Source: Neovahlkampfia damariscottae
Taxonomy: Eukaryota
Assembly (NCBI GenBank): GCA_016618085.1
Contig: JABLTG010000036.1
Coordinates: forward strand, 1 to 64,000
DNA length: 64,000 nucleotides
Reading direction: 5' to 3'
In this document: piece by piece, positions 36,539-50,753 of the stretch
Position numbering within the stretch: the first letter of the stretch is position 1
Layout of the letters: each line of letters starts with the position of its first letter
The notes under the pieces: model-generated
What the model was told of the DNA's origin: nothing
The model's input: the letters and a program-made list of their open reading frames with translations, nothing else
Databases searched by the model: none
Made by a program: the position numbers and the translations under genes

Positions 36539-39277
36539 TTAATATACTTCATAAATGATTGGAATTAAAATTCCAGAAATGATGAATAAACTAAAATTCA
36601 ATGGTAGACCTATTTTGGTGTAATCCAAGAATCTATATCCACCAGGACCTTGAACCATTAAATTGGTTTGATATCCAATTGGTGTAGAAAATTCTGCTGA
36701 TGCTCCTATTGCTACAGCTACTGCAAAAGGTTTAATAGCAATTCCAGTTGATTTTGATAATGAAACTGCAAACGGGAAAACTATTGCTGCTGCTGCATTG
36801 TTTGTAATTGCTGCTGACATGACTTGAGTCATCAAAAACAAAATAGAAGGTAAAATGAATTTTGGAAATGGTATTCTCAGAATTAAATTTGAAAATTCTG
36901 CAGCCAATCCACTATTTTGAATTCCTTTTCCAATTGCAAATGAACAAGCAATTAAAATGATCAAACCCCAATCTACAGATTGATATGCAGCAACACTATC
37001 AATAATCCCAATAAAAATCATAACCACCAATGAAATTAAAGCACATTTGAACATTGAAACTCCAGTAGTTGCTGCAACAATCATTCCAATAAAAATTGGA
37101 ATGCTAAAGTATTGAACCCAATTCATATTTATACTTTTTCCAAATATCTTTCGAGTGTTTTTTCTTTCATTTGTACTATTTTGTCTATTACACCTTGAAA
37201 TAACGAAAAATTCATCAGAATCAATCCATCTCGAAAAAAAAGTTGATTTTGCTAAAATTAATACTGTGTCTCCAGTTTTGAATTGAAATCCTTCTAAATT
37301 TGTCAATCTACTTTCACTATTTCTTCTTATGGCAATAATTGATGCATTGTATCTGGATTGAAATATTCCATCTTTTACTTGAGATCCAATAGCACGAGAT
37401 TGACCCCCAATGACGACTTCAAAATATCTAAAAGAAAGAAATAAACAAATAAATATCTTACTCAACTGTATTAGATTCATCAAATTTTGGTCTTTTAAAT
37501 GGTGAACAAAAGAAATTATAAATTCTCCTGAATTGGCTAATTGGATCATTTGATGGAATTGTTTGAATTTTGATTGGAAATTCGGATTTCAAATGTTTCA
37601 AATTTTCTTCTTCTTCTTCTTCATTTATTTCTCTAATTTTCTTGACATTTGTATTCAATTCTTCAAGTAAAGTTGATGAAACCAATTTTCTTGGTTCATT
37701 TTTAATGAGACTTGGTCTTGTTTCTAAATCCAAAGATCTTCTTTTTTCAAAAGATTCAATATCATTTCTCTCTGAAAGTGATTTCAAATCAACATCTGAA
37801 TATGAAATTCTTGGTTTATTTGGACTCAGAAAGAATGTTTCCTTTTTCAATTCTTCTTGCAGTTCTGAAATTCTAGGTGGTAAAATTTCTTTTGATTTTT
37901 CAATAACAATATTAATAGATTCTTCTTTTTGAAATGATTCTAATAGTGATTGTTCTTCATCTTCATTTGAATCATGAATCATATCCATAATGATATCCAT
38001 ATCACCAGAAACAATTAAAGTATCATTCAATTCAATAATTTCCTTTAATGGAACAGGTACAATTCTTTCAATTCCATCATGTTTTTTTCTAATAATTTCA
38101 ATAAATTCGACATTATAATTCTGTTTGATTTTTGAAACTGTTTTTCCTTTTAAATAAGAATTCTTTTTTATGATGACTTCAGAAATGAATGTTTTTCCTT
38201 TTTTTAATAATCTAAAAAGACCTCCTTTATTTGCTGGCAAACAAATGAATGAAAAAATAAACAAATAAGAAATTAAAAAAAAACAACATGGAAATCCAAC
38301 ATATCCAATTTCAAAAAAACCAAATCCTTCTTGACCTTGTATTTCTTTGAGAAATCCATGCACTAATAGATTTGTTGATGTTCCAAGTAATGAACACATT
38401 CCTCCTGCTATTGTTGCATAACTTAAAGGTATAAGGAATTTTGAAGGTGAGAAATTATTTTTACGACACCAATCTTTGATTATAGGTATGAATAAAGCTA
38501 CAATAGGTGTATTATTGAAAAAAATTGAAAGAAATGCAACTACAATCATTATTGTTAATAATGAAATTCTTGGGAATTTTTTGAAGACTAATACTTTTTC
38601 TGAGATGAATTGAAGAATTCCTGTTCTTGAAACAGGTTTGACAATACCAAATAGAATTGCAATTGTGATTAATCCTTCATTTGAAAATCCAGATAAAAAT
38701 TCATTGACTGTAATAATTTCAGTTAAAGTTAAAATTGTTGCTGCTGTGAGAAATATATAATAGGGATTTTGAATTCCAAGAAGTAAACACATCAATAGGA
38801 GTATTAATACAGATAATGTTATCCATTTCTTCCATGGTGTTATTTTTGTTGAGGTATTTGATGAACAGATTGGTGTTATAAAATTCTCTATGAAAGTTGT
38901 TCCATATGAAACTCTGATTTGTACAATACCTTTTAATAAGTTTTGATAAAAACTTGATGAATTTTGAAAACGAAAAATTTCTAAAATCGGGAATTGTGTG
39001 CTTTGAAAAAATATAAAAAAAAAAAACAATCAAACTTGTTGAACTGTATTGTGCTATTTACATTTTGGGTTTGAATTTTTATGTTGTTTATATCATTTAA
39101 TTTCTCACTAAATAGAGAACATGACAAACAGAATTTATTTGGAGCTCCATTTAATTCAAACAAACCACTAAGCAGTTCTGTGTTGTTTTGTTTAATTGTA
39201 GTTTCAAAAATTTGTTTTGATTGAATTTGATGAAGAAATAAAATTAAAAGAAACCACTTCAGTTCATTTCCACTCAT
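36539..39277 (-). CDS. SLC13/CitMHS-type transporter with TrkA-C domains (SLT/YfbS-like sodium-anion symporter)
   Basis: GFSNEG, FFNNTPIV, LIPLSYA..GG.CSLLGTSTNL, ITNNAAA, TPIGYQTNLMV.GPGGYRFLDY; N-terminal signal peptide; two introns. Confidence 0.9.
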
Positions 39278-39360
39278 CAGATAAATATTTTGTCCAATAA
39301 AAATCACTCCAAAAACCTGTGGTTCATCAAAATTTGAAATATCCAACAAATATATTTCAA

Positions 39361-39580
39361 TAAGACTCTTGGACAATTCGTCACGTTGTGAGAATAAACT
39401 TTAGTTTTCAAGTTGAAGTGTGGTGTTTTAGATAAACAAATCCTGTTTTCAAATTTAGTATCACTTATTGGACTATAAGTTGTGTTATTCACAACAAGTA
39501 TGTAATTAGGCAATAAGTGGTGTTTTTAAGCAATAAGTGATGTTATTTTAAATAAGTAAGACATTGTACAAAAAGTCACT
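39361..39580 (+). repeat. Left inverted repeat (~220 bp) with internal ~20-23-nt-spaced AA[CT]AAGT sub-repeats
   Basis: Begins TAAGACTCTTGGACAATT; 53 of the outermost 60 positions match the reverse complement of the right arm. Confidence 0.9.
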
Positions 39581-39615
39581 TGTTTTAAAGAATTCAAAAA
39601 ATTCAAATATGAAGG

Positions 39616-40480
39616 ATGAAGCAAAAATACTGGAGTATTATCTCGAAGATCCAGTAATTTTTCAAAATTCAGAACCATTGATAAATATTCAACCACGTTG
39701 CTTGGAGATTGCATTACCAGTAGCTTCTTAGTTTTGATACATTTGAAATTATGTTTGAATACAACTGTTTCTTACATTGAAGGTTACTTTGACGCTATTG
39801 ACAGCAAATCAAAACAATACAAACAAGAATGCCATGTTATTCCTTGTTTCATCCACAAATTAGATGGAACTCCTGCCATTTTGTCTCTGATTGATGTTCC
39901 ATTAAAATATTGTTTGCAATTAATACATAGGAAAGTTGGAGTAAATTTAGTCGGGCAAGAATTTTTATGGAATGACAAATTTATATTTCAAACAAATTAT
40001 GGCATAGATAATAATGGATCAACTGACCATGATTGTTTAAAAGTTGCTGATTATCCTTTTTTTGAAATATTTGAATTCAAAGAAGATGATTTTCGTAAGA
40101 AATTTGCTCCACAATTCGAAAAATTATTTAATGAACCTATATTATTGTTTAATTATGAGTCATTGAAAATGAAACAAAACTTTTCAATTGGTGAAACTTT
40201 GGGATATAATATTGAAGATGATTTTCAAAAGGATTTTCTTCAATTTTGTGAAAAAAATGAAGTCATGAAAGAACTGGAATTAAAAAAAGAATATGAACAA
40301 GTGAAAAAAATATTATCAGAAAATGATGAAAAACAATCAAAGGAGTTATTGGATAACTTAAAGGAACGCGCAAAAAAATTAGAAGAATCGATTGAAAATT
40401 ATGAAAAAAATAACCAAAGCAATAAAATAACACCAGTTTTTTCTGAACTCAGTTTTCATAACATCAAATCCATGTTTTAA
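39616..40480 (+). CDS. Hypothetical protein, possible transglutaminase/papain-like Cys-His-Asp fold plus coiled coil (start uncertain)
   Basis: ORF 39698-40480 with GDC...L...IEGY...CH...LID pattern; ATG 39616 joins only through a 19-nt intron (39654-39672). Confidence 0.55.
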
Positions 40481-40529
40481 TTTAAAAACGTCATGTTTCA
40501 AACTGAAGTGTTTCGTTATTTGTATTAGC

Positions 40530-40746
40530 ATGACTTTTTATGCAATAAATGACGTATTACAAGTAACATGACTTGTTGTTTTAAAACACAACTTATTGTC
40601 TAATTATGCACTTGTTGTGAATAACCACACTTGTTGTCTAATTAGGGATATTAAATATGAAAACACGACTTGTTTATCTGAAACACCACTTCAACTTGAA
40701 AACTTAAATTTATTATCATAACGCGACTAATTGTCCACGAGTCTTA
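40530..40746 (-). repeat. Right inverted repeat
   Basis: Ends AATTGTCCACGAGTCTTA; repeated ACTT[GA]TTG units. Confidence 0.9.
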
Positions 40747-40916
40747 ATTTAAATAGAATTATTTTTCATCTGGGGTTTCTTTCGTTTTTTTGCAAAGTCA
40801 AATTAAAAAAAAAATGAAAAAAAAATTAAATAAAATACAAGTGACCATGTTACAGAATGAATCAACGGAATAAATATTTTGAAGTGAAAAAATTCTTCCA
40901 AAAAATTCTTGTTTTT

Positions 40917-41483
<567 letters not shown>

Positions 41484-41565
41484 ATTCATTTTGTCTCATT
41501 CCAATTTTATTATTCACTCACTTTTTTTTTTTTCTGTCCTCCAATCATCCAGGTTTTGTTTGTCA

Positions 41566-42183
41566 ATGAACCAAGAAGAGAAAGTTCAAGAAAAAGATCC
41601 TATTGTTTTATTTCAAAATTTACATGAAGAATATAAACAAGCTTTATCAAAAGAGAAATTAAATTCAGAATATCCATACATCATGACAATAGCTACTTGT
41701 ACAAAAGATGGTTTTCCATCTGCTCGTCAAGTTTTATTAAAATATGTAAAACCTGAAGGATTTATATTCTTTACAAATTATGAAAGTAGAAAATCAAAAG
41801 AAATTCAAGAAAATCCAAATGTTGCTTTAGTTTTTTACTGGAGAGAAATTGGTAGACAAATTCGAGTTGAAGGAACAATTGAAAAAACTTCAAGTGATAT
41901 ATCAGATAATTATTTTAATAAAAGACCAAGAAATAGTCAAATTAATTCAATTTTATCAAAACAAAGTCAAGTTTTAAAAAACGAAAAATTGTTTTTCGAA
42001 GAAATTGAAAAAATGAATGAAAGTGAAGAAACTACTTTCAAAAGACCTTCAAATTGGGGTGGATATTTGATTAGACCAAATTTTATTGAATTCTGGAAAA
42101 ATGGTCATTATCGTTTGCATGAACGTTTGAAATACAGTCATGTTGGTAATAATGAATGGAAAACTGAATTCTTGTATCCTTGA
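41566..42183 (+). CDS. PNPO: Pyridoxamine 5'-phosphate oxidase
   Basis: PSARQVLLK, FFTNYESRK, RQIRVEG, RPSNWGGY, EFW...RLHER, LYP. Confidence 0.93.
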   Translation: MNQEEKVQEKDPIVLFQNLHEEYKQALSKEKLNSEYPYIMTIATCTKDGFPSARQVLLKYVKPEGFIFFTNYESRKSKEIQENPNVALVFYWREIGRQIRVEGTIEKTSSDISDNYFNKRPRNSQINSILSKQSQVLKNEKLFFEEIEKMNESEETTFKRPSNWGGYLIRPNFIEFWKNGHYRLHERLKYSHVGNNEWKTEFLYP

Positions 42184-42258
42184 ATTAAAAATTCAAAAAC
42201 TTCAAAAATATGCATTACCAACTACTTACTGTTTTCAATAAATTAAATTTTATTTTTT

Positions 42259-43308
42259 TTATAATTCGTCTTTGATATTATTTCTTCTTGGAGGTGTTCT
42301 TCTTCTTTCTTCCTCTTCTTCTTCCTCATCATCATCTTCCTCCTCATCATGTCTATCGTCTCTTCTTCTTCTATTGTCACTTCTTCTTCTTGAATCTGTA
42401 TTTCTTGGAGGTACTCTATCATAATTTCTTCTTGAAGGTGGAACAGATGAAGTCGTTCTTCGATCTGTTTTTGTTTGTTTCATTTCTGAAGTTGGTTTTA
42501 ATTTATCCAAATTTTTCAAGTCTTTTTCCAAAGTTGATTCTCTTGTTCTTCTTGTTGTTGGAGATGTTCTTGCTGATAGTGGAGGTGGTGGAGGTACATC
42601 AACATTTGTATCATGTTCATATTGGTGATCATGTTCTTGATTTTGTCTATCTTCAATTTGATTCTCTTCAACTGTTCAATAAATTAAAAAAATTTGTTTC
42701 TTACTTCTACCAATTTGATTTTCTAATTTTTTTAATTTTCTTTTCATTAAATTTTTCAATTTTGCATTTTTAAGTTTTAATTTTAAAAGACGTATTTTTG
42801 TTCTCTTTTTAAATCGAACTAATTCTTTATATATTGAAAGTACAGCTTTGAACATGTTATTCATATCTTTATTTGATCCTTCTTTTCCAGGTTTATAGTT
42901 TTCATGTATTTTTTTTAAATTTGAAATATTCTTTTTGATTAAAGTACTATGTCTAACTTTTTTGATGTTTTTCTCTACTTTTGATTTTTTTTCATTTTTC
43001 TTTGGAAGTTTTTTAGTTTTTGGTTTATTTTGTTTTGGTTTTGTTTTTTTTTTCTTTTCTTCTTCAGTTTTTGGTTTTAATTCTTTTTTTTCTTCAACTA
43101 TTGTTTCTAAAGGTTTCCATTCTTCTTGTTTTTCGTTAGCCACAGTTTTTTCAGTGTTTGTTTTTTCAACTGATTTTTCATTTTGTTGTGGTTTTATTGT
43201 TTTTTCTTCAGTTTTCGTCTCATTTTTGTTTTCTACAGTTTCTGTGGATACAATAGTGAAGATGAAAAGTAAAACAAAAAATAAACTCCAGAAGTGTCTC
43301 ATTCTCAT
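42259..43308 (-). CDS. Secreted Lys/Glu/Arg-rich hypothetical protein
   Basis: Signal peptide MRMRHFWSLFFVLLFIFTIVS; coiled coil; intron near 42672-42704 joins to ORF 42259-42531. Confidence 0.65.
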
Positions 43309-43511
43309 CTTTTTAAGTGTGTATGTTGGACCAATGAAATAACTCCACCACCTCGAACATTCCAATCTCTAATAGATCTGTCAAAGAATTTAGTCAGAAA
43401 TGAAGAAATCCAACGAATTTCCAATTATAAAGATATTTCGGAAAATCCCGAAAAGTATAAATAATTCTAATTGGTCCGGAATTCAATCAAATTAAAAACT
43501 TTTTGAACAAA

Positions 43512-44732
<1,221 letters not shown>

Positions 44733-44806
44733 AAAAAAAAAAATAAAATTTTTTGTTTTTTTCTTTAGTGCCTTTTTACAAATTAAATAAAGAGAATTGT
44801 CTGATT

Positions 44807-45064
44807 CTATTTTGTATCTTCTTTTTCTTCCCATTCATTCAACAAATTTTGTGATATCAAAGCAACAGCTTCTGGATGTAAATATTTTGGGTAATAAAAA
44901 AACATTTTCATAGGTTCATCTTTTAAAGGTTTTGTTTCTTTGGTTTCTTCTTTTTTAATTTCTTCCATTGGTTTTGTTGATTGTTGAGGTTCACTTTCTT
45001 CAATATTTATAAAATTTGGAGCTTTTTGGCGAAATGAAAGAACTTCATTTTCTTCTTCATTCAT
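44807..45064 (-). CDS. Small acidic hypothetical protein
   Basis: 85-codon ORF from ATG 45064 with CCAAT just upstream. Confidence 0.55.
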   Translation of the reverse strand: MNEEENEVLSFRQKAPNFINIEESEPQQSTKPMEEIKKEETKETKPLKDEPMKMFFYYPKYLHPEAVALISQNLLNEWEEKEDTK

Positions 45065-45135
45065 CTTTGAGTCTGTGTCCAATTTTTGTAAAAATAAAGA
45101 AGTATAAAATTATTGGTCAATTCCTAAGAACAAAA

Positions 45136-46253
45136 ATGTCCTTGGTTGATGAATTTTATGAAAACTCATTTTTAAAAACACAAGAAAACTATATTAAAAA
45201 ACTAGAATATAAAAAAAAAACAGTTTATAAAACTATCAGATCACCTGATATGAAATATCAAGTTCAAAGTGATTCTTCAGGTATCATTTTAATTTGGTCA
45301 GTCGAAAAAACGTTAAAAAATTTGGATCAGATTTATACCGTAAGATATTTTTATAGTTTATTTTTGAAGACAAATTCATTCAAAGCTCATAATGGTGCTA
45401 TATATTCTTTGGTTTTTATTGAAAAAAATGAAAAAATTTTGTTGGTCAGTTTAGGTATTGAAGGAATGAAAATTTGGAATTGGAATGAGTTATTATCGGG
45501 TGAAATATCAAATATAAAGCCTATAGACACAATTTTTTGTGATAAATATGAAGTTTTCAACACAGGTTGTTTTGATGAAAAAGTGAGTTAATTTTATTTG
45601 ATTTAAAATTCAATTAAAAGAATTCTCAGATGTACATTGGTTCTTCAGATGGTGATATGTATATTTATGATGTAGAGAATAGTAAATTATCACAAAAGAA
45701 ATCACAAAAGAAAGAAATTTTGACAATGAATTTTACTGAATCGTTTGTATTGACAGGAGGTAATGAATCTATGATTAGGTTATGGGATATTAAAAATAAT
45801 AAAATAGAAAAGTACATATATCCATTTGAAGGCAAAGTAAAAGATAAAATGGAAGAAAACAACCAAACAACTTCAAGTTGGGTTTCAACAATCAGTTTTG
45901 ACTCAACAAGAAATTATTTTGTTTGTGGAGGAGGATCAACATACTCTACGTTATGGAGTTTAACCTCTTTAACTATGGCTTCAATTTTACCAACTTCTTC
46001 ATTCACCAATGATTCACTTTTTATTGATGACAAAATAATCACAGCCGGAAACGAAAGATTCATTTATTTATGGGAAAAAAATGGAAAATATTCTAATAGA
46101 ATTGATTCTGGATTGTCTCAAATTTTTTCGATTTCTTGTAAACAAAAAAATGTTTGATTATTTTTTTTTTTTAACATTTCTCAGTTTTGTGTTTATTCAG
46201 GTTTTGAAAATAACTTTGGATTTTTATTGAATAATCAAATATTCAATTTTTGA
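45136..46253 (+). CDS. WD40 protein, THO complex subunit 6-like
   Basis: FKAHNGAIYSL, WVSTISFD...FVCGGG...LWSL; two introns. Confidence 0.75.
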
Positions 46254-46399
46254 TATTTCTGTGGAAAGATTGAAAATTTCGAACTTCCACTCAATTTGAA
46301 TAAAATCAATAAATACTTTCAATGAATTTACTCTTTCTTTTGATGAATGAGTTGAAATCATAAGAAAAAATAATCCAATCATATTCCTACAAAAAAAAG

Positions 46400-47657
46400 A
46401 TGGAAGAACAAGACGAAGAAGAATATAAAATTTTTGAAGATTTAAATTGTAGTCAAGCAAGATATTTATCAAAAGAAGAAATACTTTTGAGAATGGAAAT
46501 GCATATTTTGAACACAATACAACTTGGAATTGAACACTCTTTTGACTTAATCATAAGAAACTCTTCCAACGAAGAAAAGTTCACAAAATCATTTCGATTA
46601 GGTCAAAAAATTAAAAAACGAAGACTTAATCAACAAAATACAGTTCGTTCTTACTCTCAAAGTACAAATTCATGAAACTAAATATAAAGCTTGGAAAACT
46701 CTTCAAGTTATGTATAAAATTGTTCAATTAGATCAAAAAATTACTCAACGTGATTTATATTATAATTTAGTTTCTGAATTTAAATCTCAAAATGAATTGA
46801 ATTCAACTGTCTTAGGTTTATCGATTTTTTTTTAAATTCTTGAAAAGATATTTGTTCAATTTTTGAATGCTCAAGAGAATCCTTAGGTATTTTTGCAACA
46901 AGTAAAGGATTTATTGCAGGAAATATACTTTGGAATGTTCATTTTTTTTTTAAATTAAAAAAATTGAATTAGGAAGGTAAAGGTTGGATCAATGGAAAAG
47001 AAATTGGAATTCCAGGTAAATAAAACACAATTGAATTCATCAAAAGGAATTCCAATACCAGGTATTTTACCAAAAGAACTTGAAGTAAAGAAAATACAAA
47101 ATAATTCAAAAAAAAAGATAAAAACAGATGCCAGATTCATCATTGTCATAGAAAAAGATGGTGTATTTAAAAGACTTCTTGAAGATGAAATTTTTAATAC
47201 AATTCCATGTATAATAATCACAGGATGTGGATTTCCAGATTTAGCAACAAGAATGATTGTTAAAAGATTAAATGATCAATATAATCATATTCCAATCATT
47301 GGTATTTTTGATTATAATCCATTTGGTGTTTCAATTCTTTATAGTTATATGTATGGTTCTTTTAATCATGGTTTAGAATCTTATAAGTATACAATTCCAT
47401 CAATGCATTGGATTGGTTTATTTTCACAAGATATTGAAGAATTACAATTAATCACAAGTTCCTTGACGACTAAAGATCATGATTTATTAGATAAATTGAT
47501 TAAAGATGAAAAAAGAAATGAAAGATTTTTGAAAGAGTTAAAATTAATGAAACAAAAAAATTATAAAGCAGAAATACAATCATTGAATAATATTAGTTTT
47601 AGTTTCATCACAAATATTTATCTCCGTAAAAAGTTATTGAAAAGATTATATCTTTGA
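46400..47657 (+). CDS. SPO11: Meiotic recombination protein SPO11 (Spo11-2-like)
   Basis: TQRDLYY (catalytic Tyr), CSRESLGIFATSKG, VIEKDGVF, ITGCGFPDLATR, DYNPFG, KAEIQ; three introns. Confidence 0.93.
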
Positions 47658-47774
47658 ACCATATTTCATTATTAACATGTTAATGTAATTTTATTTTTTG
47701 TTATTCATTTTTTTCTCTTCTCATTAAACTAACCAATAATATTTCAGAAAAGTTCATTTTCTGTTTTATTGGAT

Positions 47775-49689
47775 ATGAGTTATCATGAGTTGGATTTAAG
47801 TAATACTTCAAAAGGTCAATTAAAATACTCACGACAAATGAGTTCACTCAAAACAACAAACCAAAATTCAATTTTTGGTCATGATTTTGCGAGTCCTTTT
47901 CCAACAAATTTTTCAAATCCATATCATCGTCAACCTTTTGCAGAAAAAAAAAAAAAACAAAATAAATTTGTATTACCAAGTGATAGTGAAAGTGAAAGTG
48001 AAGATGAATTAACAGAAACAATAAAACCAGACTTAGAAGTTCAAAATGTTTCAAAACTAAAAATACAAACTCAAATTTTAAATGATTTTGAAGCTCATCG
48101 TAAACTCTCAGTAAAACAAAAAATTGAAGAAAAAAGAAAACAATTAGAAAATCAATTAAAAGAACGATATTCAAAATCAGAAGGAAAATACAATGAAATA
48201 TTACGTAAATCAATTGAAGAAAAGGAACAAAAAATGGAAATATTTTCAAAGTTACATCAAAAAGTGTAAGTATATTCAAAATTCATTTTTTTTTACAATT
48301 TAAAGAGAAGAAAAGCATCATGAAGAGATAACTGAGTTTCAAAATGAACAACAAAAAATAATAGATGAATTTAATGAAAAAGAGAGAATAAAACGAGAAA
48401 AAGAAGAAAAAAAAAAAAGAATACAAAAAGAACAAGAAGAACAATTAAAAAAACAAGAAGAAATAAAAAGAAAAGAAAAAGAAGAAAAATTGAAAAAAGA
48501 ATCATTAAAAAAACAACAAGAACAAGAAGAAGCATTAAAACGACAAAAAGAACAAGAAGAAGCATTAAAAAAACAACAAGAACAAAAAAAACCAGAAAAC
48601 TTTCCAAAAATTGAACAGGAAACTAAACAAGAAGAAGAAGAAGAAGAAGAAGAAGATTCTAATAAAATTCAAACAACTTTAAAACTTGATGAAATTGATA
48701 CTTCATTAATTTCTCAAAATGCTTATGTTGAATCAGAAATTAGATTAAAGTCATATCACACCATTGAAAAAATTATTAAAAGTGATAAATTTATAAAGAA
48801 TCTAGAATATAAACAAATGGGTAAAAAGATAAAAGGTAGAATAAATACACTCATTTCACAACTTTCAACATCAAAAATTGAAGTTGAAAAAAAAACAAAA
48901 GAAATTGGAGAATTGATTAAAGAATCAACAAAAATTGAAGAAGTTTATTATTTTGTTTTGATTTCTATTGCAAAATTAATTGTTAATCAAGGAAAAGCTC
49001 AAGTTTATATTCAACCAAGATCTGCATTTTCATATTCAAATTTAGCACTTAGACTGTGTAAAATGTATCCTGCATTGACTGAAATATTATTGGCTCAATT
49101 TCATATTTCATGTTGTTTTACCATTCCAAAATATGTATCAAAACAAAATCCAAATTATTTTAAAGAAATGGGTTTTGATGAAAGAGAAGACAGTAAAACA
49201 GGATATGAATCAACGGAGAATTATTTAGATAAAATGAATGGTGTTATAATGCTTTATGCTGCATTAATTCAAACACCAACACCAAGATGTTTGTTTAAAA
49301 ATATTTCTAATATATTTTTATGTTAGTTGAACATCCCCATGGAATTGATTATGGTTGGACTTGGTTGAGTAGAATTTTAAATATGAAACCAAATGAATTT
49401 ACTTGTACAATTCTTTATTCATTTTTAGATGTAAATTTTTAAATTATTATTCTAATTATTCTAATAGATTTGTGGATATGCATTGAATGCTAGATTTACC
49501 AATCAATTCAAAAAAGTGATAAAATTGATCAAAGAAAAATTCATTCCAATTTTACCAAAAGAAACAAGAGATTCTTCATTAGAATTGATGAAAAAATTTA
49601 TAAATGATTTTGAAAGAGGAATATTAAAAGAACATGAAAATAGATTTTTAGATAATTCATCAGGACAATCAGGAGGAACTAATTTATAA
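47775..49689 (+). CDS. GLE1: mRNA export factor GLE1
   Basis: Coiled coil then GLE1 domain (CFTIPKY, MGF...ESTENYLDKMNG...LYAA, HGIDYGWTWLSRILN, QFKK). Confidence 0.9.
48504..48587 (+). repeat. 30-nt coding tandem repeat (LKKQQEQEEA) in GLE1 coiled coil
   Basis: About 3 copies of TTAAAAAAACAACAAGAACAAGAAGAAGCA. Confidence 0.8.
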
Positions 49690-49706
49690 AAGGAACAAAA
49701 TTTGAA

Positions 49707-50753
49707 TCATTTATTTATATTCAAAGAATTACTATGTACTTTTGTCAATAATTGTTTTAAGAAAAATTTGAATTGAGTTAAAACTGATTTTTCAAGTGCA
49801 ATTTGTAATTCAGTATCAAAACCTTTTTCTGAATTTGATGGTACAACTGTATCATTTGAAATTTCTTTTGTTGATTCAAATGCATCTTCTTCATTACAAA
49901 GTAATAAAGAATCAACATCATCTTGTTGTTGATCATTTCTAGTTTTTAATATTCGATTATGAGGTGGTGGTGTTTTTGGTTCTTCATCTTCTTGTTGATA
50001 TTTTTGTTGTTCATTGATTTGTTGTTGCCATTTTTCAGTAAAGATTTTTTCTTCTTTTTCACTTGTTTCTGTTAAAGTTGAAGCTAATTTATTAATAACT
50101 GTATCATTAATTAATCCTTTAAAAGGTTCACGAAAAGGTTCTCCTGTTCTATTGGTTGTAGTAAGTGATGATAAATTTATCCTTTTTTGATTCATTTCTG
50201 GTTTGATTGAACGATATTGTGTTTCTTTTTGTAAAATATATGATAATTCAGATGATCCAGTATAATTTTTACAACCTACACATTTACATAATGTTGTACA
50301 ACGAACTCCATTTTGAAAACAATCACAATAACGTTTCAAACATCCTTTATAGTTTTTTGTGAAAAATAACTTTTTGAAATTACCTGTTTTTTTACAATTA
50401 CATCCTTTTTCAATTGTTGTATCCGTTTTTCTTTTTTTTAATAAATTAGTTTCATTCGGCAATGGAAATTTTTGAGAAAAAAGTGGTTTTGGTGATTTGT
50501 CCATTGAAGGTGCAATTTTTGGAGATGCTTTGTTCATTTGATATTTTTGTTGTTGAACTAATTGATAAAAATATGGACTATTTAGTAAATTTTGTGGAGG
50601 TGTTTGTGGTGGTAGATTTGTGTTTGATAATTTTTGAGGAGTTGTAGTTGAGTTTTGATTTGGTTGTGTCTTTTTTGGTGTAGTTCTTGTGTCTTCTGTG
50701 AGCAGTGCTTTTTGGTCCTCAGTAATTTGTTTTGATTTTTCTTTCTTCTCCAT
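49707..50753 (-). CDS. Tesmin/TSO1/LIN54-type CXC (CRC) domain protein with a single CXC
   Basis: KGCNCKKT-(in-frame 39-nt intron)[27 protein letters not shown]. Confidence 0.85.
   Translation of the reverse strand: MEKKEKSKQITEDQKALLTEDTRTTPKKTQPNQNSTTTPQKLSNTNLPPQTPPQNLLNSPYFYQLVQQQKYQMNKASPKIAPSMDKSPKPLFSQKFPLPNETNLLKKRKTDTTIEKGCNCKKTGNFKKLFFTKNYKGCLKRYCDCFQNGVRCTTLCKCVGCKNYTGSSELSYILQKETQYRSIKPEMNQKRINLSSLTTTNRTGEPFREPFKGLINDTVINKLASTLTETSEKEEKIFTEKWQQQINEQQKYQQEDEEPKTPPPHNRILKTRNDQQQDDVDSLLLCNEEDAFESTKEISNDTVVPSNSEKGFDTELQIALEKSVLTQFKFFLKQLLTKVHSNSLNINK

Larger units (their letters stand above)
39361..40746. mobile_element. Putative non-autonomous DNA transposon with long terminal inverted repeats carrying one ORF
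   Basis: 39361-39580 is the reverse complement of 40530-40746; no transposase motif inside. Confidence 0.75.

Noticed and set aside
39405..40700. CRISPR-like array from the periodic AA[CT]AAGT units
   Set aside because: Units are short and degenerate, lack repeat-spacer structure, the context is eukaryotic and no cas genes are present
39348..40760. 9-bp Mutator-type target-site duplication
   Set aside because: Flanks (TTTCAATAA vs TTAATTTAA) do not match convincingly, so the superfamily is left unassigned
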